This document shows, in pieces, positions 22,853-36,989 of a DNA stretch of 64,000 nt; position 1 is the first letter of the stretch; each line of letters starts with the position of its first letter. Source of the DNA: Atractiella rhizophila (lineage: Eukaryota); the NCBI GenBank assembly GCA_021432655.1, contig MU271323.1, positions 4,851-68,850 on the forward strand, read 5' to 3'. A program made the translations under genes and the position numbers. Under the pieces are notes generated by a model. The model ran no database searches and was not told where the DNA came from. It saw only the letters and a program-made list of their open reading frames with translations.

Positions 22853-25110
22853 CTATCGAGCCCCAGAGCTCCTGAGCCTCTTGGATCCATCTGCAACCAT
22901 TGCCAATCCTTTCCTCTTGTTACTTGAGCCATGAGCATGAGCATCCATAGGCTCTGCCTTGTCCTGCTGACTTTGCCATATTCCACTCTCATCCTTGAGA
23001 GCCTTCAATAACACCTGTGACATAAACGTATGAGTAGTCATTCGTTTAATCCTCCTGTCCGCCTTCTTGTCAGCTCTCATCCTCATCTTCTTCACCATCT
23101 CCGGCGTAATCTCCTTGGTCGCCTCCTCTGTCGACTCATCTGTCTCTCCATCCGATTGGAGGTCATCCAGAATTTTTTCCACTAAATCAGGACGAGGCAC
23201 CAAGCGATCAGACAGGCTGCGGAAGAGGGTCCCGAGTACATCCCTAAGCTCGTTAGAAGCGAGTTTGAGGCGGTTCACGCCTCCTAAAATGATGCCTTCT
23301 CGACCCCTAGCTGTCGTAGTGGGGTTGTTCTGCATTCTGTCGAACGGACGGAGGAAAGAAATGCGATCTTCGTTAGATAACTCGCTTCGTGCATAGGATA
23401 GGACGGTCCAGGTCAGAGCGTAAACGAACGACTCAATATCGTCTTCTGGCTTCTGGCGAATGTTCTGGGTTGAGCCCATTTCTTCCAAGAGTCGACGAGA
23501 CATGAACTCGTAAGTGCCCTGTTCCATAATTGATCACTGCACGGAGCTACCAGGAAAGTAAGTACCGTTCGCTCTCGGGAATTGTCACGTTCGCTTTCCT
23601 TCTTCGCAAATTCCCAATCAATCAAATACCCCTTTGGTCCTTCTTCAATTGGGCCAAGAAGGACGTTCCCAAAAGAGATATCACGGTGCAGCATTTTGAG
23701 TTTGCTCCAGGCAGCAAAGTGAGCTGTGAGCGGCCAACCATGGCAAATCAGATTCATTTACGTGAAGACAGCATCAATTCACCTTCAAAAGCATCTGAAA
23801 AGCCTTTCACAAGCTCGTAACTAGATGTAAATTTGTCGAGTGGCCGTCCTACTTTAGCCAGAACAATTCGGTAGTGTACCATCTCCCTCTCGTCATCCTT
23901 GCCTGTCAATAGCTTGACGTGTTGAAGGTTGCCCCTTACATCGCCCTCAGCAATAACCTGGAGGATATTTGGGACTTTAGACTCGTGCAATTCGGCATAG
24001 ACTTCACCTTCCCGACGATATTGGGTGTGTCTCCATGCGTCCTTGAGCAGGACGAGGGATTTCTGTTCAGGGTCGTAAGCTTCGAAGCATCTTGTTCCTC
24101 GGCCGATAGGTTGGTTGTGACGAAAGAGGAATGGTTCCGAAAGGTAGAACACCTTGTTTTCTACCTCCACCTTGAATAATGGCTTGTTGGTTGTAACTTT
24201 GAGCTTTGCTTTAGCCGCTTCGGAATGATCGTCATCCTCAAGAAGTTTCTGCATCGTCACGTCGTGTCCTCTTTCAGCATCGGATGCATGCGTATAGCGC
24301 CAGAAGAATTCGCGGAGGTGAGCGGTCGTCACGTAGTTGAACAAAGGGGTCACGAAGAAACCGGCACGAGAATGGCAGAGGAGACGAGCAAAGTGTTCTC
24401 GAACATAGAACGAGAAGACTCTCGTTCTTTGTTGGGAACAAAAAATGACGCTACTGTAAATCGTGATTTGACCGCGCGTTAATTTCGAAGTCTGTGAGTC
24501 GCCCTCGAGCACCTTGCCACCTTTCTCATCGCGAAAAGGTTCATCCTTGCGTGCCTTCTTAAACTCGCCAAACGACTCGGCGCTCTTCATGACAGTAGTC
24601 GTCGCCCCGTAAAAACTATAGAGAAGCAGATCAGGTTTGACGCCACCGACCCCAAGCACGGGGATAAAATCCCTGTCGATGCTCTCGCTGGTGTTGACGA
24701 GCTGCCACGGTTGATTGAGGAAAGGTTTCATATACCGTATCTAGAGTGATATATTTGAAAGGGGTTGTGAAAGATTCCAAAAAGAACAATGCACTTACGA
24801 ACTCATCGTAATGGGTAGGTTCGGGCCCTGACACATCAGGTGCTGGTGGCGAATCTGGGAGCTCTCCGTGCTCTGGCAACAGATTGAGAAAGTCTTCAAC
24901 AGACACCGTGATGTATTTCCCCTTCATATCTCCGCAGACGAAGTCGTAGGCACCTTCATTCTCTGTAGCAGGAATGATTTGACCGTGATGGTTAGAGCCG
25001 CTGGCTAGACGCTTCGGGGTCGGTTTTGTTAGAGAAGGATCAGCAGAGGTGCTGGCGGGAGGAGTAGAAGCACGGGTACCGGCCGAGTGAGGTGGAAGAG
25101 TCGTGGCCAT
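22853..25110 (-). CDS. Fungal-type protein kinase (FunK1 / Pkinase_fungal), about 4 exons, apparently intact
   Basis: KPDLLLY, GQITIYSSVIFCSQQRTRVFS, IGRGTRCF, LLKDAWR, HYRIVL..VGRPL, MLHRDISFGNVLL, GYLIDWEFAK, GTYEFMS, DDIESFVY. Short introns near 24740-24798, 23720-23780 and 23520-23565 join the ORFs. Confidence 0.9.
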
Positions 25111-27597
25111 CGAAGGATAGCAGATAAAAACAAAGTGTGATGACGGCTTATTGTCCTTTGTTGGTGGATTCAGTTACATTACGCTGTGACTCTGACTCAG
25201 GGCGTGGCGTGGCGTGTGTCGGGGGCCACGAATATTATATTCCCAATTGAACTACCCCCATGGCAGCATTTAAGGTTCCCATCATGTGACTATGGAGCAA
25301 ACCTACGCAAGTGCAGTGCACTGACCCACCACCTCTCCCTCCCTCCACGCTCCGTCTCCTCCTCACTCCCTTCAATTACCACGAACAGCTTTCGATGCTT
25401 CCTCCGACAACGGGGCCGCTTGATAACCAACAAAATCGACCAGATCATGGAAGCTTCCTTCGACGACAACGAGGACGAAATTTGTGAGAGGAACAGGTTT
25501 TAGGATGTCCTTGTCAGCTTGGAATGGGTTTCAACAAGGTGTGTGGTCTCATATTCACGGAGAAAAGGACGTAATTTGGTTTTGAATGGGGGAAAGGAGC
25601 TTTTTTGTTGCAACCAGAAAATACTGCTGGAAATGAAGGAACGACTGTGGAATGGATGAACAGGTACGCACTTACGCTTATACTTACTTGAAATGACTGA
25701 ATTTGGTGTAAAGCTTTAATTCCCGTCGAAATCACTTGAAAATGACCGGAACGGCGACGACGAATGGACTTTCGGCTCTGTCGAATAAACGCCCCTTGGA
25801 TCGAAGTAGAATAGCACCAGGTGTAGCTGTAAGCCCTTTCCTATCTCTAACAGTTCGTAAATCTACATCACGAATGGCCTAACGTACTTTAGCAGTCCGA
25901 CGCCTCCACCTCCAGTCCGCGATGACACCCTCTTTCGCCTCGATTGTCACCTACTTTCAACTACCCCTCACGCTTTTCGCTCGCTGCGATCTCCCTGTGT
26001 GGACGAGTGGTTGATGTGTGACGAAACTCACTTGCAGAGCAGTGGCAAAGGAGGAGTTGCCACGGATTTGGAGGACTAAATTAGAAGGAGCAACTCATAT
26101 AATCACAAAGTGTTGACAGATAAATGAGATAATGGAAAATAATTCTTTCATTTATTCTTATTCTGACTTAAAAGTACAAAGGAACATGGAGAAGTAACTC
26201 ATAGAGTGCAGCGAAACTGTTCGACTCACATATCTCGATTCTGGGGTCCCCATCTCAAACTAATACGCTATAGTGCTACCCGAAGGCTCTTTCGGTGCAC
26301 AACAACATTCTCTTTTTCTTCTATTTCGTTGATAGTAAGCTGAAGGCGCTGAGAAAGGCCCTCACCGTGTTCGTGTTCGCGACGAGGATCCGTGCACGCA
26401 CACACGTTCCACAAGCACCATCGGAAACTCTTTATCACCTTCCTTCATTCCTCCATTTCATCCTCACATCCACATCCACTGTGAGCAATCCTTCGACAAT
26501 TAGAATTTTGACAGTCAGTTATTGGAAGTGTCGACCCAGCAACAAACGTTGACCGAGAGACCGCAATGGGCTGATGACAGTCCCCCATGTATTACATGGG
26601 TTCTCAAGACAAGCCGAACGAGGGAACCAACCCTTGCTCTTTGGTTGGTGTCTTAAAGTGATAATGTTCCCAAACTAAAGAGGTTGAGCAGCAGAACAAC
26701 CTCCAGTTCATTTCTACAATCCTTATCCTAGTCCCAGAATCATATATCAGGTCGATGCGTCGTAGACTGCTTTCACTCCACACCTCCCTCTTCCTAGACA
26801 AGATCTCAACACACCATCTGTGCACAATGTTCAAGATAGCGCACAGGATGAAGGTAATCGACAGTTCGGCTGGACGAAGGGAGTGAAGTTTGTGAACGAC
26901 AATTTAAAGTTGAAGAAGGAACAAATGCAGGAAGAATTAAACAAGATGGAGCACAGATGCTCTCATTGCAAGAGGTGTGAAGAAAAATGAAAAGGATGGT
27001 CAACTTCTATACCCGAATATCCATCCTATGATTTTTGCACCACTCATTTATGTTCGAGAGGTTGTTGTTGAGTTGACGACTCCTCCTTTCAAGCAAAATA
27101 AATTAAGACGAAAATCATATAGAAATATTAAACAATAGTCGATGAAAATCAAATTCAGGTAAACGATGTTCTAGACAAAATAAAATGCGTCATCACAATA
27201 GTTGAGCACATGGTGCCTGCGGTGAAGGTGAAGTTGATGACAACTGGGGCTCTTCATCACCGCATAGATGGTCGACGGGGACGGGACGGTGAAGAGCCCT
27301 AATGACAACCAACAACACTAATTTTGCAAATGACTCGGGAGATCGTAGCCATCTAGAGATCAACCAATTCAGCTTATTTTTGCATTATTGGAAGATCGAA
27401 AGTACCCAAGATGTCATAATTATCGTTTAGTGTATTTTTCAACCGTTAATACGGCGAGGTGAGTTACGAGGCACCATCAAAGATTTCAGCCGTGCAATCC
27501 GGTGCATAATTTCAGGACGTAATAGATTGTGTGCCTAAATACCGGCCAGAGCCGAATGAAAAAGACGATCGACGATGGCGGTGTGATTCAAAAGTCC

Positions 27598-27680
27598 AGA
27601 AACTTCGCTTATGACGCATTTAACTCTGGCTGACCTGGCTGACGACGTCTCAAGAGGCTGGACTCGCAAAGGTATATAAA
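27598..27680 (+). promoter_or_regulatory. Putative HSP20 promoter (nGAAnnTTCn element and TATA box)
   Basis: AGAAACTTCG at about 27598 and TATATAAA at 27673-27680, followed by a CAA-rich leader before the ATG at 27765. Confidence 0.5.
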
Positions 27681-27764
27681 CTGGTCTTTTCACCCTATGT
27701 AAAAGAGCCTTACAACACCACCAACCACAAAGCAACCAGCAACCACAAAACAACAACTCCAACA

Positions 27765-28250
27765 ATGTCGCTCATCCAAAACCTCTTCCCTGAGCTCCGC
27801 CGCTCTCCTTTCTACACCCGAGCATTCGATGTCCCCGAATTCTCGCAGCTGTCTCAACTACCGAGACCCGCAATTGACGTTCACGAAGAAGGAGACAAAT
27901 ACGTTGTTCAAGCCGAGGTCGCCGGAGCTCTGAAGGAAGACCTAAAACTCGAGTTCGGTGGTGATGGTGGAGAGGTCCTCACACTTAGCGGGAAGATCGT
28001 GAAGACGTAGGAATTCAAGCCTGAAGAGCCAAGGGAAGGAGCGGGAAATGAGAAGGCGGTTGAGAAGCGAAGTACGAATACGAGTATCTGGCATTCCGAA
28101 CGCTTTGAAGGATCTTTCGCCAGGTCGGTGAGGTTCCCAACGCCAGTCGATACGGAGAAAGTGTCCGCAAAGTATGAGAACGGTATTCTGGAGGTGGAAG
28201 TACCGAAGAGGTTGAAGAAGGAGGGTTCAAAGAGTATCGAGATTGCTTAA
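27765..28250 (+). pseudogene. Small heat-shock protein (HSP20 / alpha-crystallin domain) with a single premature TAG at 28008-28010
   Basis: PAIDVHEEGDKYVVQAEVAG..KEDLKLEF..VLTLSG, continuing in frame past the TAG with SERFEGSFARSVRFPTPVDTEKVSAKYENGILEVEVPK..SIEIA*. Confidence 0.9.
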
Positions 28251-28765
28251 GCACGTTTAATTTCTGGTGCTGCTGAAGTCGTACTAATTACTTCCTTCAG
28301 ATTCGGATGTTGATCAAGCAACCTTAATTTCTCTGTTTCTTCGATGTAGTATCTAAGAATTGAACACACGAAGCCAAAGCGTCTGAATGATGAATGACAA
28401 TGGTATCTGTAATTTCCACAGAAAATCCCTTTGAGGATTGGGAAATCCAGGTGAATCTAAGAAAGAAAGAAAGACCCTTCCCATAATCTAGGAGAGGAAA
28501 CCATGCACCTAAACGTCACTGCCCTCCTTTCCCTTTCATATATCATGCCAACCTAACTCGCTCTCCCTCATCCACCTTCAACTTGTTCCGCAAGTAAAGC
28601 ACCTTCGTTACCTCGAACGCCTTCAGCGCGTGCTTGTTCGGCCAAATCGAAATCAATCTCCACGATGTTGCGGCTCTTGTGTAGATCTCCCACTTCCATA
28701 TGCAGCATTTTTGCCTCCTGGGCATGCTCGTTGTCGCTTGTTGGAGAAATCTGGATGGAAGAGAC

Positions 28766-31695
28766 TAGGGACGGCTATCGGAGTCGAATCGTACCAGCTA
28801 CGCCGAGTCCGATTGCCAGTCGGTATCGATCGAAGACAAAAAAGGACCACGACTTACGATTCGATACGAGTGCGGCTCCCAAGGCGTATCAAATCGCCAG
28901 CGTGTGGATTTTACCACTACGATACGATACACGATTCCATGCGCACGTTTTTGGGGGACCGGCACCAATAGCAAGCTGTTCACATCACTCTCAGCTGCAT
29001 GTGCTTACAGTCCTCAGCCCCATGGCTGCTGTCCGCCAGCATATAAATCCTCCCTACCTTCTCCCCGTTGACGTCGCGCCACCATGGCAACACTGGACAA
29101 TTTTCTCGGGCTAGGAAAGAGGTCAAGGACTTCAGTGGATATTGCGAAGAGGAACAACGAGGATGGGACTGCACTTACCCAGTCCAAGAAGCGAAAGGAT
29201 GAGGAGTCTGAGTGGGTCTTCTCTCCTTACAATGGACGCTCATTGATTGAAATTGCACACAGACACCAAAAGATACAGGGTTACATTGTGCTTAAGATCT
29301 TGCTGGCAGCTTCGCACAATTTCAAACCTGACCTGAATTATGTATGTCTGCCCGTCATCAACTGCATTAGCTTTCGCTAAATAATGGTCCAGGAGGCTGC
29401 TTCGCTCTTTCTCACTTGTCAACATCTTATTCAGGAGGTTGCATCGCTTGCCGAGAACAACGAGGAACCCATTCATCGTGCATTCTCTCTCTGGAACCCG
29501 ACTCTGACCGACATTGGCGGGAAACAAGGGCTCGTTGCGTTCCGAGTGCTCTGGCTGAAACTCCTGCAAGTCGACGAATCCTCCGTACCGGGCTATCTCC
29601 TTAACGCGCGAAAAGCCTCCATCTGTGCCATTGCTTCAAAAATCCACACAGCCCTTGCTGCGAAGGTCTCGTTGATGATTCTGAGATTGAGATGGACTAT
29701 GATCCTTCAAAGGATGAGAGTAGTGCTTTGTGAGAGGATTAGGAAGATCATTAGCAATGGATATCGATGGGCTTGAGTTGGTGCAGTCGTTGGAGCAGAA
29801 TAAGAAATTGGATCCGAAAGGCAAGAAGCAGACAAGAGCAAAGGTTCGCATTCTTTGTTTGTGCTCTTCGACTTAAATAATTCTGTGTGCAGAGCTCTAC
29901 CGGCAACCACGTACCTGTTTCGACCTTCGATCCACTCGCGCGTGAGGCAGTTGTGGCAGACACCGAGCCGAGGCAGTATCACGTAAGCTGATATTTTTGT
30001 GTTCTGTGGCAGTGGTAATGCTTCTCTAGGCAACATCGAAGAGAAGAAACCCTGTCTGGCTCTTCTACACCATAATCCCGAAGTCAGAGGCACATCCTGA
30101 TGTGCAGCATGGGCACAAACACGGGACCGTTTACTTCAAGTGCAATCACTGTCACTGGACGAATCGAGTCACGAGAAGCAGCAACGGAAAGCTCACACAC
30201 CTTGAGGACCATCTCACCATCTCACCACGTCACTTCAAGAGCACTGGTCCCCTTTTCAAGTTGCTGAGGAAGAAGTACGAGGACATCTCGGAAAACGAAA
30301 AGAAGAAAGCATCAAATGAGATTCCTGTTCGTCTTCTTTTCAACTTCCTCCACAGGCCAGTTATACATAAATAGATAACCGATGCCGATGTGAAAAACTC
30401 AGGGCAACAGCTAGATATCTTAGATCAGCTACAAGGCATGGCAGCGCGTTTCGGCGATCAGGTGAGCACAGCTCATCTTTATTAGATTCTTTTTCACTTG
30501 CTTTGTTATAGGCGTTTGACCAACTGAAGTTTGATGAACTCCTTGTCAACTTCTTCGTTGCGACGGATCAGCCCTTTCAACTGACGGAGAACCCACACTT
30601 CCGTGACCTCCTCCACTACCTTCAGTACACCTATCCCACGATGAAACCTGAACACAAAACCATGCCTGCCAAAGGGACATCATGGAATAGTGACGATGAG
30701 GGTGGAGCAAGTGATCAGGACATAAATCATGTTGATACAGGTGCAAAATCCATGAAAGTGCCGATGAGGAAGAGGAAGAAGTTGCAGGAAAAAGTGATGA
30801 AGAAGGGTGAAGCTACGGTGCAAGAACTTAAGCAAGAATTGATGGTTTGCTGTTCACAGTTGATTGGGCAATTTTTATTGATATCTGGCATAGGAAGCGG
30901 ACACGACTGTCAACCTTGCTCTCGATGCATGGACGTCTGAAAATGGCTTCCCCTTTCTCTGCACCACCGCTACTTACATCAACAAGGACTGGGAGGTTGT
31001 TGAAGTTGTCCTTGATTTCACAAAGCTTCAAGGATCACACACGGGGGAGAATATGGCAGAGGCAGTGTGGAGGTGTATCACGAACTTTGGCATCACTCAT
31101 AAGGTCAGTTACGGCTTGAATTTACACCATATGTACTGATGGATAGAACAGATCGGCTGTATCACTTCAGATAATGCATCTAATAATGATAGCATGATGA
31201 CTGTGTTTGCTCGAAGATTTGTTTCACGAGGCATTCCATTTGACCCAAAGGAACCACGCATACGCTGTTTTCCGCATGTCATTCACCTTGCCGTCCTTGC
31301 GCTGCTCGATTCTCTAGGTGTGTAGGCTAAGGCTGATGGACACGGGAAGAAGAAGAAGAAGGGAAAGATAAATTATCATGATTGTGTAACGGAGAAGCTT
31401 GGAACCGTTCGTGATGATGAGGCGAGGGCGGAGGACGAATAGTTCGAAGATGAGGTCAATACTTTCCAGGGCGCTATTCCAAAAGTGTGTCTTCATTCCT
31501 TTCAACTGCAAACTGCGGAGGACGAATAGTTCGAAGATGAGGTCAATACTTTCCAGGGCGCTATTCCAAAAGTGTGTCTTCATTCCTTTCAACTGCAAAC
31601 TGTAAAACTGAAGTTCTTGTTGCATAAGCTTTGCGCAGAACTATGAAGCGACTTTGGTAAACGGATCCTGAATCGGCATCTATCAGTCGACCCTA
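28766..31695 (+). mobile_element. hAT DNA transposon, 3'-truncated transposase
   Basis: 5' end TAGGGACGGC with CGATAC/GTATCG subterminal repeats. BED-type finger YFKCNHC..HLEDHL; DQPFQLTENPHFRDLL; LDAWTSENG; GSHTGENMA; ITSDNASNND; RCFPHVIHLAV. Right end (GTCGACCCTA) is tentative and no TSD was found. Confidence 0.85.
31428..31601. repeat. Perfect 87-bp tandem duplication
   Basis: 31428-31514 is repeated at 31515-31601. Confidence 0.95.
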
Positions 31696-33477
31696 AGCGA
31701 CTTGGTTGGGCCGCGGCTCTATGCGAAAGCCTGAGGTTTTAATAGTGTCTTGACAGCAATTAGGTCACGTCGGACGACGACCATCGGTTGGGAAGTTGCG
31801 TTGCCATTATTCAAAACGCCTCAATGTGGGACGCCGGTGGGACATTTCAACACCGGTTTGATTCTAACTACAGTGCGGCAAGCTCATGTGAGATCATCGA
31901 TTCTCATACGCAAGATTTTGAAAACAAGGATCGAAATTGAGAAGGGTTAGTAAATATATAGAGCACATTCAGAGAGTTCGTTGGACTGTTTCCGCACAAT
32001 GCTAATGTTGGTAAGGATTTCTCCTTTTCAAAAGATATCCAGGTGTAGGGAGGGTGAGCCAGAGCTGGTTGATGGCCGTTCTTTGAAGCGCCATTTAAAG
32101 GCGAGTTCGCTTCTTGGAAGCGTGTCAGACGGGGACGCCCCACGTTTAGGGCATCAAAACGGGAGCATGGTATTCCTAAAACGCTTGGCCGTTCACCCAG
32201 GCCCCCCCCCCTGGGCAATCGGGGTGCGGCTCCGTCGAACCAGTCCACGATGCTTCCAGCGACATGCGACGCACCTCAGCTGCTAAAGTGACTGTCCTTG
32301 GCTCCTTCCTTCCTTCAGACTTGAATTGGCCTCGAACAGCCTGGTTGAGTTAGCCGCACGCTGAGAACGGTAAAAAAAATCGAGACCGGACGGTTGGGCC
32401 AAAATTCAAAATGAGGAGGCAAATGAGGTTTAAAAGCTAAATGCACCTTGCCATCCCCAAACACTCTTTAAGACCTGTCGGATCCAGCAAGGTGAGAGAA
32501 ATAAGATATGGAGTGCCTGAGCCAACCATGGAATGGAAGACTCGCGGAGAGCAATCGGTAAAGCAATGGGCCCCAATGTACCAACGGGGCTAAGTGTGAG
32601 TCATGCGAACGGCTAGATTGAAGCTCAAAAGGTTCAATTTCCTTGGTGTAACCAAAGAGTTGATTGGCATATTTCTACGCAGGTTTTAAGCCTCTCAGCT
32701 CCTCGGCCGAATATTACACCCCTTATCATTGCTGACAACTATGTCAGATGGTTCGACAACCACTAACCCGCTCGCGCGGCTAAAGTCAGTCAAAGCCCAG
32801 AGTCCTAGACTACGACTTCTAAGGAGTGCTCAGGTAGTGATGTTGGTTCTTAATTTGTATTACGAAAACTGTTGATTCGTCTCAATGGTCGTGCTCAACG
32901 TATGCAACAATGAAGGTAACAGAGTGATGAAAATGCGAGATAAGATCGCGGACTATCTCGTACAAACCTGCGTGATGCGGAAATCGGGAGAAAATTGAAG
33001 ACTGTAACGACGTCTGCTAGGTTAGGAACATGAACATTCCGACGGGGCATCGGCGAAGGGTGGTAACCCTTTACTACTAAGGCAGGCAAGGGTTACCATA
33101 CGGACAAAGGGTTCGGAACGCTCAGACCTTAAGCATAGAGCGTTGAACGTTGAACCGGGGCAAATAGTTTCGCCGAGATCATGGTCATCAGCAAGTGACG
33201 GCCGGGGTGACATCAAACGTGGTACGGTTAGGTGTGTAGCATCGAGGACGCGTTGAAATCTCTCACGCTTGCGTCGAAGGGGAGCTCCTGATTGGGCTTC
33301 GGTAGTTTGATGAGCGGGAAGAAGGGAGATGCAACATGTTAGCATTTTCGTTTTTGAGGAAGGCAAAGTGGGTTCATGTGGTGGAACGATTACTTAAAGG
33401 TGCCAATCCCTCCATAACAATTTCCTTGGGTCAGTATTTTTGTTGTATCATACTAATTATCATTATAATTATAATAA

Positions 33478-36400
33478 TCTATTCTTCTAAGATTCATCAG
33501 TTCTTGGCGTGAGTCATAAAACACACTTTTAAGCCCTCATACCTCCCTTACCAGACACATTGAAATGAAATGAAGCACACCATCTTACTGCATATGTTTG
33601 CGCCTGTCTGAAAGTGCAAGGAAATTTTATTTTAAAGTCATGAAAAAAAGTGTTCCCTCCTAGATTGGATGGATTTGAACCAGTGCAGAGGCCCACAAAG
33701 CCAAGAATGCCGTGCGCAGCAGCCCCACAAATTTCATGCCGTGCCTGAAGTGCCGCACATGCCAGAAGCGCTGCACGCGACTTCTACAGCGCATTTTGGG
33801 TTTTCTCAGGTTATGTGCCAGAAGAACATGTTTGTCTACCATGAGGGGAAGAAAGTGAACACATGTGAGTTGGAATATGCTCCACATTATGTTCTCAAGC
33901 CATCTTAGAATCATCATGCCCCGTCCTAAAAAAAATGGTGCAAACCAACTCATCCATGCTTAGCAACAAAGGTGGGAGGAGAGCCCATCAGATATACCTC
34001 AGGTTGCTCCACGTCACTCAGAAAGACGTCATGCAGGATTGCTGCAGCGCTTCCAGGTTACACAACCGACACCACCTCAGCATTTGACCCGTCAAATTCG
34101 TATGCAGCAACAGCGGGAGGATGAACCTCCTAGAGGACGCCGATGACGACGGCAGCCAGACCCTCCACCTTTACATGAAGAATGCAATGATGGTTCCTCT
34201 GATGGACAACAAGGGGGAGTATTTGAGAATACTGATCTGCCTGATCAAACAGTGGTAGCTCCTCGGGATGCAAGACGAGATCAGCATCCTTTTCTTGCAT
34301 TCAACTACTTACCAGACACAGTGGAGGCAATCCGGCTTTCGGGCTGGAATGAATTCTTTTGCTCAGAATGTGGTGCCTTCATTGGCTTGAGGAACGAATA
34401 GCCAGGAGCTCTAAGCAGAATCCAAAGTTTTCTAACTGTTGTTCTCTGGGAAATATTATTCTTCCTGCTTATGAAGAACCACCAGCCGAATTACATCAGC
34501 TATTAATCAACCCAGATACCCGAGAATCAAAGCAGTTTCGAGAGAATATCCGGTCCTACAATAATGCTCTCTCCTTTACTTCTCTTGGAGTCAAGCGGCC
34601 ACCTATTCCTGGGCAAGGAGTTTACTCTTTCCCGATTCAAGGGGAGCTGTGCATCGCATTGGAGCTTTGCTACCTGATTCTGATGGAGATGAAAGGTTCG
34701 TACTAATCTATATGCTGGATTCTGAAGAGCAGATTCGACAAAGAATAGAGACTGTTGGACAGCACAAACTCAAGGAAGGGACTTTAAGGAAGTTACAAGA
34801 AATGATGTGGCGAGTCAATCCCTGGCCAGAAATTTATAAAACAGCAAGAGAGCACATGGGGGATAATCCGATTTTGAACCTCCACCTTCGAACTATCGAT
34901 CCTATTGATCGGGACCCTCGACGATACAAGGGGCCAACAGGTCATGGCATAGGAGAAATTGCAGTGCTTCTCATTGCCGAACAGTCAGGAGCTATGGCAA
35001 GTATCACAAGGGACATTGTGGTTAAACTTCGACGTCCTGATGGTCAGAATTTCTTTGAGAGAGTTAGTGATCAGAATGCCAACTACCTCTACGCTTCCCA
35101 CTTTTGTTCCCCTACGGCGAGCAAGGTTGGCAGGCATACATCCCCCTCAGTCATGGAGATCTGCTTCTATGGGGTCCACGAGAAGAATATCGAAACGATG
35201 AAGGACGAATAGTTGGTAATATGGGAGAACAGAAACACGTTACTCAGATGAACTATTACTCTTACCTGCTTCACCTAAAGAAGGACAAATTCTCTCTAAT
35301 TCACCATGGTGGCCGGCTGTTTCAAGAATGGTTTGTGATGCTTATGCTCAGATAGAAAGTGGACGATTGAGGTTCCTGAGGTACAATCAAGAACTTCTCC
35401 AAACTAAGTCTTATGCTGGACTTGGCGATGCATTAGAAGATGGTCGAGATGCTGCAGATGTTGGGAAGCAGACCATTCTACCATTGTCACACACAGGAAG
35501 TCCCTGCCAGATGAACCAGCAATTCCAAGATGCTATGGCGATTGTCGGGAACAGAGGTTCACCTCCTATCTTCACAACTTTCACTTGCAATCCATGGTGG
35601 CCAGAAATCATAGAAGCTCTACTTCCTGGGCAAACAGCTGCTGATCGACCAGGCTTAGTCTCTAGAGTTTTTAACACAAACGTCAAGGCTGACATGCAAG
35701 ACATCAAGGATAACACAATCTTTGGAAGGTCGGTCAGCTTCGTCTGGGTGATTGAATTTCAGAAATGTGGTCTCCCTCATGCTCATCATCCTTAATCCTG
35801 AAGATACCATCAGGGATGTTGAGGCAATTGATCACATAATGTCTGGCGAATTTCCTGACAAGGATATGAATCCTGAATTGTTTGAGATTGTCTACACTCA
35901 TATGCTTCATGGACCCTGTTAAGATATCAACCCAGATGCTCCATGCATGATAGATGATCCTAAAAATCTTGGAAGAAAGATCTGTGGCAAAGGGTTCCTG
36001 AAGCCATTCATGGAAGAGACATGCATCAACAAGGATGGCTATCCCACCTACCGTCGCCATAACAATGGATGTACCTTTCAGAAATCATGGAATGGATTTA
36101 TTTACAACAATCATTGGGTCATACCATTTAATGCTTATGTCCTTCGGCGCTTTATAGCTCATATTGATGTGGAACTTTGCATCTCCATCAAATCAATCAA
36201 GTACCTCTTCAAATACATCTACAAAGGAAATGATCAGGCATAACCTGTCCTTCATTGTGCCCGAGGTGATGTTAGGGTGGTGGATGAGATTCAAGAGTAC
36301 TTGGATGCTAGATTCATTGGATCTTCTGAAAGGTGGATGTGCCTTTCAGTGGAGTTATTTTGGTTCTTGGTGGTAAGTGAATCAAGTCAAAGAGTTCATG

Positions 36401-36821
36401 TCTGATAAATAATTAGGCAACATGTGACAATGCCTCTCAGTCATCCCCAAAGCTTCATGTGCACAGATGGTCGATGAGTGTGTCATATCAACAAGTTACA
36501 AGGCCAGTCGGTGGAGACTGTTGGATTGTATTTGGACACACCAGTTTTGCAACTTTACATAGGACTTTCTAGAGTTTTGAACGCTAAGAATCTTCGAGTT
36601 TATTTACACCAAGTGCAAGGGATAGAGAATAAGAGGATGGAAAATATAGTGTACAGAGAAGTTTTGAATTTTCACAATTGGATGGATGTGCTCGCCAAAG
36701 GCGAGGCCCCACACAGTGGCTCCCAGCGTCAAGAGCTCCACACAGTGGCTGCTGGAGGCTGGGGTCCAAGGGCAAAGCCCCTGGGGGGGATGCCGGAGGG
36801 ACGAGGGCACTGACACACTTG
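33478..36821 (+). mobile_element. Helitron with a decayed Rep domain and most of the Pif1 helicase deleted
   Basis: A|TC 5' end. Motifs CSECGAFHW..CCSLG, FRENIRSYNNALSFTSLG, GRLFQEW, FTTFTCNPWWPEI, VIEFQKCGLPHAH (HUH), KYLFKYIYKG, then only the helicase tail INKLQGQS..QLYIGLSRV..NIVYREVL. GC-rich 3' hairpin region (GGGGTCCAAGGGCAAAGCCCCTGG) and CTTG|T end, with AT-rich flanks. Confidence 0.92.
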
Positions 36822-36989
36822 TGAATAATAATAATAATATGTTATCTAAATAAATCATATATTTTAATATTTCGTTTAAAATATATCTTTTATAATATTT
36901 ATTTACTAGTAAGAATATCATTGATATATTTTTACTATAACAAAGTTTGGCAATACTCTTAAATACAGCATGAGAGAATTATTAACTGA

